DNA of 64,000 bases from Dehalococcoidales bacterium (GCA_016930185.1 JAFGHK010000059.1:9251-73250), one strand, 5' to 3'. Counted from the stretch's first letter, positions 1 through 8,472 are shown. A program made the numbers and translations. The notes: generated by a model from the sequence alone, not told the origin.

Positions 1-1
1 C

Positions 2-334
2 GTGCGCGGCATCTTCGCCGAAAGGGACGAGTCCGGCTCCGGTCGTGTGTTCCGCCGCGGCTTCAAAATCAATCCCGCTGAAAAGGTGCTGGTCGTTGAC
101 GACGTTATGACCACCGGCAGCTCGGTTCGCGAGGTCATTACCGCCGTGAAAAAGCTGGGCGGCAGCGTGGTCGGCGTCGGCGTCCTCGTCGACCGCTCTA
201 TAAAGGAGCCCGACTTCTCCGTGCCGTTTTATGCCTGCCATCGCGCCGAGGTGATTACCTACCCGCCCGACCGGTGCCCCCTCTGCGCCAAAAAAATCCC
301 CCTGGTTAAGCCCGGCAGCGGCAAAGCAAAATGA
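2..334 (+). CDS. pyrE: orotate phosphoribosyltransferase, C-terminal part (5' end lies outside the window)
   Basis: PRPP-binding loop VLVVDDVMTTGSS; the frame is open to the window edge. Confidence 0.8.
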   Translation: MRGIFAERDESGSGRVFRRGFKINPAEKVLVVDDVMTTGSSVREVITAVKKLGGSVVGVGVLVDRSIKEPDFSVPFYACHRAEVITYPPDRCPLCAKKIPLVKPGSGKAK

Positions 335-363
335 TGGTATAGGACAAGTTTTCATTACATAGT

Positions 364-393
364 CCGTCATTCCCAACTTGGTTGGGAATCCAG
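364..393. repeat. REP-like hairpin, family A copy 1 (CCGTCATTCCCAAC-loop-GTTGGGAATCCAG)
   Basis: Stem ATTCCCAAC/GTTGGGAAT with a short loop, 30 nt after the pyrE stop. The same arms recur at 25565-25617 with an expanded loop. Confidence 0.75.
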
Positions 394-452
394 TTCAAAG
401 ATTCCTTTAGTCCAGCTCTCGTAAGAATAAATAATAATTCGGGAGGCCTGCC

Positions 453-872
453 ATGGAAACCGCCGCTGTTATCGCCGTCAGTGCCGTCGTCGCTATCCTG
501 GTCATTATCGTCGTTGGCTATATCATCCGCCTCAACTACGAGCACCGCCTGCGCAGCGAAATCGAGCAGGCGCGCAAGTCGGCCATACAGCAGAGTCGCG
601 CCGTCCTCGGCGGCAAGTTCACCGAGCAGATGGTGCCATTTTTTCCCGACTTCAACTACGACCCCACTGAAGTGCGTTTTATCGGCAGTCCTATCGACAT
701 GGTGGTGTTTCCTGGCCTGGCCCAAAACGACCCCCAGGAAATAGTCATTTTAGAAGTAAAGACCGGTAGGAGTGCCGGACTGACCCCTGCCCAGAAGAAA
801 ATCCGCCAGCTTATCGAGGACGGTATGGTCAGGTGGGAAGAACTCTACAGGCAGGTGGAGGGGGAACCTTAG
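453..872 (+). CDS. membrane-anchored Holliday-junction-resolvase-like endonuclease family protein
   Basis: N-terminal TM helix (AAVIAVSAVVAILVIIVVGYII), then FPDFNYDP..RFIGSPIDMVVF..EIVILEVKTGRS..LTPAQKKIRQLIEDGMVRWEE. This matches my memory of the PF10107 family (endonuclease related to archaeal HJ resolvase). Confidence 0.6.
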   Translation: METAAVIAVSAVVAILVIIVVGYIIRLNYEHRLRSEIEQARKSAIQQSRAVLGGKFTEQMVPFFPDFNYDPTEVRFIGSPIDMVVFPGLAQNDPQEIVILEVKTGRSAGLTPAQKKIRQLIEDGMVRWEELYRQVEGEP

Positions 873-2593
873 CCCTGTCTCCCGAACTCCCTTTCAATCT
901 GCGCCGCGCTTAACTTGATTATCGTGGGTCGACCGTGCGGGCAGGTGTGGGGATTGTCGGTTTGTTCCAGCTGGCGCACCAGCGACCCCATTTCTTCTTC
1001 ACTCAAGACTTGACCGCTTTTAATCGCTCCGTGGCAGGCAATCGACGCCGTCATTTTTTCTTCCCATTTACTCCGCTCCTCCCCGGCCAGCGCGTCCAGC
1101 AGTTCCTTGAGCATCGCCGACCAGTCGTCGCCGGCCGCTATCACCGGCACCGTCCGCACCAGATAGGTACGGTCGCCGAACGACTCTATATTAAAGCCGA
1201 AGTCGACCAGCTTTTCGAGGCACGACTTCATAATTGCGTCCTGCCGCGGCGTCACCTCGAGGGTCGCTGACTCCAGCAGTCCCTGTACCTCCGGTTTTTT
1301 CTGTTCTCTCTGGCGCCTGACCCTGTCAAAGCGTACCCGCTCGTGCGCCGCGTGCTGGTCGATGAGGTACAGTCCTTCCGGCCCCTCAGCGACGATGTAG
1401 GCGCTCATGAACTGTCCCACCACCCTCAAGACCGGCAGGGACGTCAGCAGTGACGGCGTGGACTCCTTTGGTGATGGTCCGACCCCTTCACTTTCGGCGG
1501 ATGTTCCCCATAACTGCTCCAGCTGACTGGATGGCGTTGCTTTGTAGGGCGCGGCGACATCTTCCACCTGGCGTACCGGCATCTGCGACGTCAGGGCCTG
1601 CCTGACCGCTCGCTGCACCGACCGGAAGACCTCCCCTTCGTTGTGGAACTTGACCTCGCTCTTAGCGGGATGGATGTTGACGTCCACCTCGTCCGGCGGT
1701 AGTGTAATATTGACGACCGCCACCGGGTGCCTGCCCGTCATCAGCAGTCCGCTGTAGGCTTCCTCCACCGCGTAGGGAAGGATACGACTGCTCACCCAGC
1801 GGCGGTTTACGAAAAAGCTTAGGTAGCCCCGCCCCGCACGACCCAGCTCCGGGGCGCCGACCATTCCCGATACGTGGATGTCTAAAGTCCCCCGATTGGC
1901 TGTCCAGCTCTGCTGTGTGCTGTCCACTGTCATCATTTTGGAGGCGGTAGCGACCCCATATACGTCGATAATCGCGTCGAGCAGCTTGCCCTTGCCCGAC
2001 GTTTTTAAAGTTTCCTTGCCGTCGACGGCCAGACTGAACGCTGCTTCCGGGTAGGCGAGGGCGTACTGGCTGGCGACGTTGGCGACGTGGCTGCTCTCGG
2101 TGGCTATCGACTTCAGGAATTTGAGTCGGGCCGGTACGCGCTTGAACAGGTTTCTGACCGTAATCGTGGTGCCCCGGGTGCGCGCCTGGCCTTTCTTTTG
2201 CGTGACCACCCCGCCCTCCAGCGACAGGCAAATGCCGGATTTTTCATCGACGGCGCAGGTAAGTAGTTCTACGTCGGCGACCGCCCCTATGCTGGGCAGG
2301 GCCTCGCCCCGGAAGCCGAGGCTGCCGATGTTCAAAAGGTCTTGCGGACTGCTTATCTTGCTGGTGGCGTGCCGCTCGAAGGCAAGTTCGACCTCGCTGT
2401 TGGGGATGCCGACCCCGTTATCGACGACTTTTATTAGCTGAATGCCCCCGCCCCTTATCTCCACCCCGATTTGACTCGACCCCGCGTCGAGGGCGTTTTC
2501 CACCAGCTCCTTCACCACCGACGCCGGCCTCTCCACCACCTCCCCGGCGGCTATCTGGTTAATGGTCTCTTTGTCGAGGACTTTTATGGTCAT
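869..2593 (-). CDS. mutL: DNA mismatch repair protein MutL
   Basis: GHKL ATPase motifs (INQIAAGEVVERPASVVKELVENALDAG, DNGVGI). C-terminal region with DQHAAHERV and ACHGAIKSG. Confidence 0.95.
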   Translation of the reverse strand: MTIKVLDKETINQIAAGEVVERPASVVKELVENALDAGSSQIGVEIRGGGIQLIKVVDNGVGIPNSEVELAFERHATSKISSPQDLLNIGSLGFRGEALPSIGAVADVELLTCAVDEKSGICLSLEGGVVTQKKGQARTRGTTITVRNLFKRVPARLKFLKSIATESSHVANVASQYALAYPEAAFSLAVDGKETLKTSGKGKLLDAIIDVYGVATASKMMTVDSTQQSWTANRGTLDIHVSGMVGAPELGRAGRGYLSFFVNRRWVSSRILPYAVEEAYSGLLMTGRHPVAVVNITLPPDEVDVNIHPAKSEVKFHNEGEVFRSVQRAVRQALTSQMPVRQVEDVAAPYKATPSSQLEQLWGTSAESEGVGPSPKESTPSLLTSLPVLRVVGQFMSAYIVAEGPEGLYLIDQHAAHERVRFDRVRRQREQKKPEVQGLLESATLEVTPRQDAIMKSCLEKLVDFGFNIESFGDRTYLVRTVPVIAAGDDWSAMLKELLDALAGEERSKWEEKMTASIACHGAIKSGQVLSEEEMGSLVRQLEQTDNPHTCPHGRPTIIKLSAAQIEREFGRQG

Positions 2594-2694
2594 CTTTTTA
2601 ACACAATGTTACACGTTTCCGTGTATATTGTCAAGCGTTTATTTGATTTAAGTTTAGTCTTTTAGGGCAGGGGGAGTCAAAGGATTATTCTATT

Positions 2695-2781
2695 CTGTCA
2701 TGCTGGAGTCCCGCTCGTGGTGAGCCTGTCGAACCATTGGGACGAAGCATCTCAGGGTGGGGTAGTGCTTTACCTCAACCC
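2695..2781. repeat. REP-like hairpin, family B copy 1 (CTGTCATGCTGGAGTCCCG...GGGACGAAGCATCTC plus GGGTGGGG...AACCC tail)
   Basis: Arms ATGCT/AGCAT and GTCCC/GGGAC around a 26-nt loop. Related copies lie at 25496-25536 and 37825-37881. Confidence 0.75.
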
Positions 2782-2814
2782 TTTTGTCCCCGATAAAAAT
2801 CCATCCCCCTTTAT

Positions 2815-2977
2815 CCCCCTTCCTTTGTCAAAGGAAGGGGGAGGGAAAAGTGAGAGGGGCTGGCGCCCCTCTCCGCAGGCTACTCCCTTTGGGGTATTGA
2901 CGTCTCCCTTTGACAAAGGGAGACAGGAGAGGGATTTTACCTCCCCGTCTTCCCCTCTCTGCCAGCGGAGAGGGGAA
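2815..2977. repeat. nest of four long palindromes/hairpins (two related pairs)
   Basis: P1 2815-2841 is CCCCCTTCCTTTG-T-CAAAGGAAGGGGG. P2 2852-2873 is GAGAGGGGC-tggc-GCCCCTCTC. P3 2902-2924 is GTCTCCCTTTG-A-CAAAGGGAGAC. P4 2950-2977 is TTCCCCTCTC-tgccagcg-GAGAGGGGAA. Confidence 0.85.
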
Positions 2978-3031
2978 TTAAAGAGGAAAGGTCGGTAGCC
3001 CCACCCCTCTTAAGCACCCCGTTAAATATGT

Positions 3032-3499
3032 TTATCTAATCTTTATTTCACTAGATATGTTTTTATAATCCTCTTCTGTGATATTAATGATGGAAACTTG
3101 AAGATACTGATTCCAAGTTTTTCCCTTGTCTGCAATAAATACGATATTATCAATGAAATTCGGTCTAGTAATATTTGCTTTATCGCTTATTTCCTCGGTA
3201 GAATAATAAATTTGCAGAGGATTTTTACTTTCGTGGAGTATCCGAAACTTAATTCTGTATGGAAAAAGGAAATTGTTTTTACCTTTTTTCCAGCCTATAT
3301 CATTTACGCTATGAAAATATTTTTCGATAAATTCAATAGTGGCTCTAAATTTACCACCATGCGTATATACAACTGCTTTATCCCCTGATTTAAGGTATTT
3401 TTCTAAAGTCACGAAGTAACGTGCATCCATTCCCCACATTTGATTCTGTTTACATATTTTCCAATTTTCCTCTGATGTGACAATACACCAGTATCTCAT
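3032..3499 (-). CDS. stand-alone EVE (PUA-like) domain protein, archaeal UPF0310-like
   Basis: MRYWCIVTSEENW..WG, internal FPYRIKF and C-terminal EEDYKNI follow the pattern I recall for PH1033/UPF0310 EVE proteins. The gene is strongly AT-rich and starts 8 nt after the pcrA stop on the same strand. Confidence 0.65.
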   Translation of the reverse strand: MRYWCIVTSEENWKICKQNQMWGMDARYFVTLEKYLKSGDKAVVYTHGGKFRATIEFIEKYFHSVNDIGWKKGKNNFLFPYRIKFRILHESKNPLQIYYSTEEISDKANITRPNFIDNIVFIADKGKTWNQYLQVSIINITEEDYKNISSEIKIR

Positions 3500-3507
3500 A
3501 AAGTCCC

Positions 3508-5673
3508 CTACACCTTCTCAATCTTCGCGAAGCTCAATAAAAACCGCTTTACGCCCTCCCCGTCGAAGGCCACCACCACCTCGGCGTCGTTCCTGGTCTT
3601 GCGGTAGTTGACCACCACTCCCTCCCCGAACTGGTCGTGCCGCACGTGGTCGCCGGCCTTGAACTCGGGCAGTTCGCCATCAAGCTGTATTTCCTTTTCC
3701 TTCGCCTCTGCGGCCGCTATCCACTCGTCTTCTTTTGCCGTCACCCCGCCCCTTTCAATCAGCTCCGGCGGTATGTCCAGCAGGAAGCGCGACGGCTTGT
3801 TGACCGTGCTGGAGCCCATCAGGTGACGTCGGAATGCCCTGACCAGGTACACCTTCTGCTTTGCCCTGGTAATGCCTACGTAGCACAATCGACGCTCCTC
3901 CTCGAGCTGGGCGGGGTCGTCGATGCTTTTGTAATGCGGCAGGATGCCCTCCTCCATGCCGATGATGAACACCACCGGGAACTCCAGCCCCTTGGCCTGG
4001 TGGAGAGTGATGAGGGTGACCGTATCTACCTTTTCCGGGAGGTCGTCCACGTCCGAGACCAGCGCCACCCCTTCGAGTAAGGCCGTCAGCCCTTCTTCTG
4101 GCGGCAGGTCCCTGTAGTCCTGCGCCACCCCCCGCAGCTCCATGACGTTCTCCCACCGGTCCTCCCCGTCGACCAGTCCCGTGATGTACTGCTTGTAGCC
4201 CGACTTCTCAACGACGTGGTCGAAGAGTTTTACCATGTCCAGTTCCCGACTCTTCTCGATGAAGTTTTCTATCATTACCGCGAAGCCGGACAGCACCTTG
4301 ACCGTCCGCGCGCTGAAGGGGAGTTCTTCGCTGCTTTCATTCGACTGCGCTAATAACTGCAGAGCTTTGTATTCATTGACGCCCTGCGACTCCGCCCAGC
4401 GGGTGAGTTCGTCCAGGCTGCGCTCGCCGATGCCCCTCTGCGGCACGTTGATGACCCGCCTTAAACTGACCGTATCATAGGGGTTCTGAATCAAACGTAA
4501 GTAGGCGATGACGTCCTTGACCTCGCGCCTTTCGTAGAAGCGCGTGCCCGCCACCAGCTTGTAGGGCATGCCGTAGCGGATGAAGGCCTCTTCCAGGGCT
4601 CTCGACTGCGCATTTGTGCGGTACATCACGGCGCAGTCGCTCGATTTAGCCTCCCCGCTCCGCACCAGCTTGTCGATTTCGCTGACCACCCACTGCGCCT
4701 CTTCCTCGGCGGAGTAGGTCTCGATAACGTTAGGGGGCAGCCCCTTTTCGTTTTCCGTCCACAGCTCCTTGGGCTTGCGCTGCTTATTTGCCGATATGAC
4801 GTGCGTTGCCGCGTCGAGAATCAGCTGCGTGGAGCGGTAGTTCTGCTCCAGCAGGATTACCTTGGCGTCCGGGAAGTCCTTTTCGAAGTTGAGTATATTG
4901 CGGATGTCCGCCGCCCGCCAGGAGTAAATCGACTGGTCGGGGTCGCCGACCACGCACACGTTGCGGTACTTGCCCGCCAGCTGCTTCACCAGTTCGTACT
5001 GCACCAGGTTGGTGTCCTGGAACTCGTCCACCTGGATGTGCATGTAGCGCTGCTGGTATCTTTCCAGTATCTTCGGGTTCTGTCGGAATAGCAGCACCGT
5101 CTTCAGCAAGAGGTCGTCGAAGTCCAGCGCCGCACTGTCGGTCAGCAGCCTTTGATATCGCTCGTACACGCGCTTGGTCACCTCGTCGAAGTAGCTCTTG
5201 CCGTGCAGGTCGGACGGCTCCTGCATCTGGCTTTTAGCGCTGGAGATGACCGACTGCAAAGCTCGCGGGGCGAATTGCTTGGGGTCGAGTGCCAGGTCTT
5301 GGAGACTGCGTTTTATCAGGCTTATCTGGTCGTCGTCGTCATAAATACTGAACTTCTTATCGACACCGATAGCCTTGCCGTCCTGCCTTAAGATGCGGGC
5401 ACAGATGGCATGGAACGTGCCGAGTGTCAGGTCCCTCACCGACGCGCTGACCAGCCTGTTGAGTCGCTCCTCCATCTCGCGGGCGGCTTTGTTGGTGAAG
5501 GTTACCGCCATGATACTCCGCGGGTTTACCCCCACCACCCGGATGAGATAAGCGACCCGGTGCGTGATGACGCGGGTCTTACCGCTGCCCGGCCCGGCCA
5601 GTATCAGTACCGGCCCGTTGATGGCTTCCACGGCTTCTTTCTGGGCGGGATTCAGTCCGTCGAGGATATCCAT
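3508..5673 (-). CDS. pcrA: ATP-dependent DNA helicase, UvrD/PcrA family
   Basis: Walker A AGPGSGKT, motif II VDEFQDTN, TLHQAKGLEF, VGITRA, and a C-terminal Tudor-like tail (GDHVRHDQFGEGVV). Confidence 0.93.
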   Translation of the reverse strand: MDILDGLNPAQKEAVEAINGPVLILAGPGSGKTRVITHRVAYLIRVVGVNPRSIMAVTFTNKAAREMEERLNRLVSASVRDLTLGTFHAICARILRQDGKAIGVDKKFSIYDDDDQISLIKRSLQDLALDPKQFAPRALQSVISSAKSQMQEPSDLHGKSYFDEVTKRVYERYQRLLTDSAALDFDDLLLKTVLLFRQNPKILERYQQRYMHIQVDEFQDTNLVQYELVKQLAGKYRNVCVVGDPDQSIYSWRAADIRNILNFEKDFPDAKVILLEQNYRSTQLILDAATHVISANKQRKPKELWTENEKGLPPNVIETYSAEEEAQWVVSEIDKLVRSGEAKSSDCAVMYRTNAQSRALEEAFIRYGMPYKLVAGTRFYERREVKDVIAYLRLIQNPYDTVSLRRVINVPQRGIGERSLDELTRWAESQGVNEYKALQLLAQSNESSEELPFSARTVKVLSGFAVMIENFIEKSRELDMVKLFDHVVEKSGYKQYITGLVDGEDRWENVMELRGVAQDYRDLPPEEGLTALLEGVALVSDVDDLPEKVDTVTLITLHQAKGLEFPVVFIIGMEEGILPHYKSIDDPAQLEEERRLCYVGITRAKQKVYLVRAFRRHLMGSSTVNKPSRFLLDIPPELIERGGVTAKEDEWIAAAEAKEKEIQLDGELPEFKAGDHVRHDQFGEGVVVNYRKTRNDAEVVVAFDGEGVKRFLLSFAKIEKV

Positions 5674-5779
5674 ATACCTGAATTATAACACTAACAGGGT
5701 GGGGGAAGCTAAAGGGAGCATTGCTTGACAATATTGTTAAGTGTGCATATATAATTACTGAAATCCAACATTGGGCTCT

Positions 5780-5813
5780 TTGACATCATGACGCTATAAC
5801 GTTATAATGTCAT
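5780..5813 (+). promoter_or_regulatory. consensus sigma70-type promoter overlapped by a 26-bp palindromic operator-like site
   Basis: TTGACA (5780-5785), a 17-nt spacer, then TATAAT (5803-5808), 25 nt upstream of the RHH gene. There is a perfect 12-bp palindrome TATAACGTTATA (5795-5806) with outer arms ATGAC/GTCAT (5788-5813). A second TTGACA-17-TATATA lies at 5725-5753. Confidence 0.7.
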
Positions 5814-5832
5814 CATTAGTGGAGGTGATATC

Positions 5833-6021
5833 ATGGCTTCCTCTAGTAAGAGAATCACTGTTTATCTGGACAATGATTTGCATAAAGCCTTGCGGTTGAA
5901 ATCTATAGCTACTTCTAAATCGGTGTCGGACCTTGTTAATAGGGCTGTAAGAGAGTCACTGAAAAAAGACAAGAAAAATTATAACTTGATACTAGAAATA
6001 ATGTCTAAACCCGTGCGCTGA
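5833..6021 (+). CDS. ribbon-helix-helix (CopG/ParD-like) DNA-binding protein, orphan antitoxin-like
   Basis: KRITVYLDNDLHKALRLKSIATSKSVSDLVNRAVRESL fits the beta-strand/helix/helix RHH pattern. SD GGAGGTG precedes the ATG. Confidence 0.7.
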   Translation: MASSSKRITVYLDNDLHKALRLKSIATSKSVSDLVNRAVRESLKKDKKNYNLILEIMSKPVR

Positions 6022-6438
6022 CGCCTGGAAGCCCACCGACTCGTAAAACCTGTGCGCCCCCTCCCGCCGCTTGTCGCTCGTCAGCATTACCTTGTAGCAG
6101 CCGGCCTCTTTGGCCAGTTTCATGCAGTGTTCCATCAGTGCCCTGCCGATGCCCTTGCGGCGCTTTTTCTCGTCCACCACCATGTATTCCACCACCCCGA
6201 AAGGCGAGGTCCTGTGCGCCATCCCCGGCAGGATTGCCATGAACAGCGTGCCTGATACCTCCCCGTTTTCCTCCGCCACCAGCAGACTGCAGCCGGTTGT
6301 CCGGGATATTTTTTCCAGTGTTTCGCGGCACTCTTCAAGCGGCGCTGCCTTATAGTCTCCCGGCTGGAAAGAGAACTGACTGTAAAGCTCAAGGATGCGG
6401 GGGATATCCTTCTCCGTGGCAGGCCTGATAATCGCCAT
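5992..6438 (-). CDS. GNAT family N-acetyltransferase
   Basis: Acetyl-CoA motif VDEKKRRKGIGRALMEH and C-terminal AHRFYESVGF. I prefer the ATG at 6438 (MAIIRPATEKD, AGGA upstream) over the ORF-track start at 6498, which overlaps purA. Confidence 0.8.
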   Translation of the reverse strand: MAIIRPATEKDIPRILELYSQFSFQPGDYKAAPLEECRETLEKISRTTGCSLLVAEENGEVSGTLFMAILPGMAHRTSPFGVVEYMVVDEKKRRKGIGRALMEHCMKLAKEAGCYKVMLTSDKRREGAHRFYESVGFQASAHGFRHYF

Positions 6439-6454
6439 TGTCTTTGAGTCCTGG

Positions 6455-7738
6455 CTAAAACAGCGACCTTCTGACGATGGTCTGCTCACGCCTTTCACCC
6501 ACGGAAATCATACTTACCGGGCAGCCGATGAGTTCTTCCAGCCGCTTGATATATTTCTTGGCTCTATTGGGGAGTTCGCTGAAAACGCGTGTCTTGGCGG
6601 TGGAAGCCTGCCATCCCGGCATTTCCTCGAGGACCGGCTGGCATTTCTCTAGGGTGGTGATGCTGGCCGGGAAATCGTTAATCGTTTTTCCTTTTATTTT
6701 ATAATCGGTGCATATTTTCACGCGCGGCAGGGTATCCAGCATATCGAGTCGCGTGATAGCGATGCTGTTGAAGCCGTTGACACGGGCGCTCATGCGGGCG
6801 GCCACGGCATCGAACCAGCCGCAGCGGCGGGGCCGACCGCTTACCGTGCCGTATTCATGGGCTATTTCCCTGATTTTGTTGCCGGTCTCGTCGTTCAGTT
6901 CTGTGGGCATGGGACCGGCGCCCACCCTTGTCTGATATGACTTATACACGCCCAGGATATGGGTAAGCTTGTTGGGGGCAATCCCCGACCCCAGGCAGGC
7001 CCCGGCCGACATCGGTGAGGAAGAGGTGGTAAACGGATAGGTGCCGAAGTCCGGGTCGAGCAGAGTGCCCTGTGCGCCTTCCAGCAGCACCGGTTCGCCG
7101 CGGGTGATAGCTTCGTTAAGCACTGTTGATGTATCGCAGATATTGGGAGCCCAGCGGTCGGCATACTCGCAGTACTGCTTGTAAATGGTGTTAAATGACA
7201 ACGCTTCCACGTAATAGACTTGAGTGAACATGTTATTTTTCTTTTCCAGCGCTGTAGCTAATTTTCCCTTCAATACTTCCTTGTCAAGCAGGTCGCCGGC
7301 CCTGATGCCCGTCCTCGCTACCTTGTCGGCGAAGGCCGGCCCGATGCCTTTGCGCGTGGTGCCGATGGCTTTGCCTCCCAGGGCTTTTTCCTCCTGCCCC
7401 TCGATAACAATGTGGTAGGGCATGATGAGGTGGGCGCGGTCGCTGATGAGCAGACGGGACGTGTCTATGCCGCGTTTATTAAGGTCGTCGATTTCTTTAT
7501 TCAGCACGGCGGGATTGATAACAACGCCATTGCCGATAATAGAAGTGGTCTCTTTGTAGAAAATACCCGACGGCGTGAGACGCAGCTTAAATACACCGTG
7601 AGGATTGACCACCGTGTGGCCGGCATTATCTCCGCCGGAAAAGCGTACTACATACTTGGCTTTTTCCGCCAGCATATCAACGAGTTTTCCTTTACCTTCG
7701 TCTCCCCACTGGGCCCCGATTACAGCAACAACCGGCAT
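6455..7738 (-). CDS. purA: adenylosuccinate synthetase
   Basis: P-loop GAQWGDEGKGK, GTTRKGIGP, and family-typical length. The ATG at 7738 is preceded by AAGGAGG, so the TTG at 7756 is probably not used. Confidence 0.95.
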   Translation of the reverse strand: MPVVAVIGAQWGDEGKGKLVDMLAEKAKYVVRFSGGDNAGHTVVNPHGVFKLRLTPSGIFYKETTSIIGNGVVINPAVLNKEIDDLNKRGIDTSRLLISDRAHLIMPYHIVIEGQEEKALGGKAIGTTRKGIGPAFADKVARTGIRAGDLLDKEVLKGKLATALEKKNNMFTQVYYVEALSFNTIYKQYCEYADRWAPNICDTSTVLNEAITRGEPVLLEGAQGTLLDPDFGTYPFTTSSSPMSAGACLGSGIAPNKLTHILGVYKSYQTRVGAGPMPTELNDETGNKIREIAHEYGTVSGRPRRCGWFDAVAARMSARVNGFNSIAITRLDMLDTLPRVKICTDYKIKGKTINDFPASITTLEKCQPVLEEMPGWQASTAKTRVFSELPNRAKKYIKRLEELIGCPVSMISVGERREQTIVRRSLF

Positions 7739-7834
7739 TTTTACCTCCTTGAGCAAAACCCATACATTCTACCATCAAGGGCATGGGTTGTCTATCTTAT
7801 TTATAATAGTAACGAAAAAAATTAATGATTGATA

Positions 7835-8431
7835 TCAGGGGCGTGTCTGCCGCCAGGCGTACACCATCCGCTCGATAACGGTAATCCAGCTGAAAAAGGT
7901 AATCACCGCCAGCGTAATGAGCAGGGCGTTCTCAAACTGGCTTAGCATCAGTCCCAGCGCCAGGATAATAACTCTCTCCGGACGTGTAAAAATTCCGGCT
8001 TTGCACTCGATGCCCTGCCCCTCCATACGGGCGCGTATATAACTGACGGTCAGGGAGCCCACCAGCGCCACCGCCGCGAGGATGATTTCCGTAACCTGCC
8101 CGTACTTGGCGAATACCGCCAGCAATGTTACCAGTAATATTGCCTCGGAAAGCCGGTCGAGCGTGGAATCGAGTATAGCCCCGAAGCGGGTGGTCTTGCC
8201 GGTGGCGCGGGCCAGCGCCCCGTCCAGCATATCGAACAGGCCGGCCACCAGCACTACAATCCCCGCCGCCAGCAGATGCTCGGTGACAATCAGCGCCCCG
8301 GCCGCGATGGTGATTATAAATCCTGTCCAGGTGATGGAATTCGGTGTCAGCGGCGTCCTGGCAAGGACGTTGACTATCGGCCCGGCTATTCGTTCGGCGA
8401 TTGTTTTACGACATGATTCCATTCTGGTCAT
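7835..8431 (-). CDS. CDP-alcohol phosphatidyltransferase (candidate phosphatidylinositol-phosphate synthase)
   Basis: Signature D-x2-DG-x2-AR-x8-G-x3-D-x3-D (DMLDGALARATGKTTRFGAILDSTLDRL) and about 6 TM helices. It sits downstream of ino1 and a PimA-like GT. Confidence 0.8.
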   Translation of the reverse strand: MTRMESCRKTIAERIAGPIVNVLARTPLTPNSITWTGFIITIAAGALIVTEHLLAAGIVVLVAGLFDMLDGALARATGKTTRFGAILDSTLDRLSEAILLVTLLAVFAKYGQVTEIILAAVALVGSLTVSYIRARMEGQGIECKAGIFTRPERVIILALGLMLSQFENALLITLAVITFFSWITVIERMVYAWRQTRP

Positions 8432-8472
8432 AATTCGGTATCATCCTGAAACAGCATTGGTCTTCGGGCTTT

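Noticed and set aside
1662-2231. 189-aa alternative-frame ORF inside mutL, and many similar >60-aa ORFs inside pcrA, infB, nusA, purA, glnS and others
   Set aside because: They are shadow ORFs of GC-rich genes, with Arg/Pro/Gly-rich products. In every case the other frame has clear family motifs.
2717-2998. 93-aa + strand ORF between mutL and the EVE gene
   Set aside because: It is built entirely from the palindromic repeats. Its peptide reads as mirrored Pro/Gly/Ser/Arg strings, it has no SD, and the sequence is better explained as a hairpin nest.
5833-6438. RHH + GNAT as a TacAT/AtaRT/KacAT-type toxin-antitoxin pair
   Set aside because: Those systems are co-directional (antitoxin then toxin, usually overlapping). 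Here the genes are convergent and the GNAT looks like an ordinary housekeeping-type acetyltransferase sitting behind purA.
6439-6498. Longer N-terminal extensions suggested by the ORF track for the GNAT (start 6498) and purA (start 7756)
   Set aside because: The extensions overlap the neighbouring gene or lack an SD. The internal ATGs at 6438 and 7738 have AGGA/AAGGAGG upstream and give family-typical N-termini.
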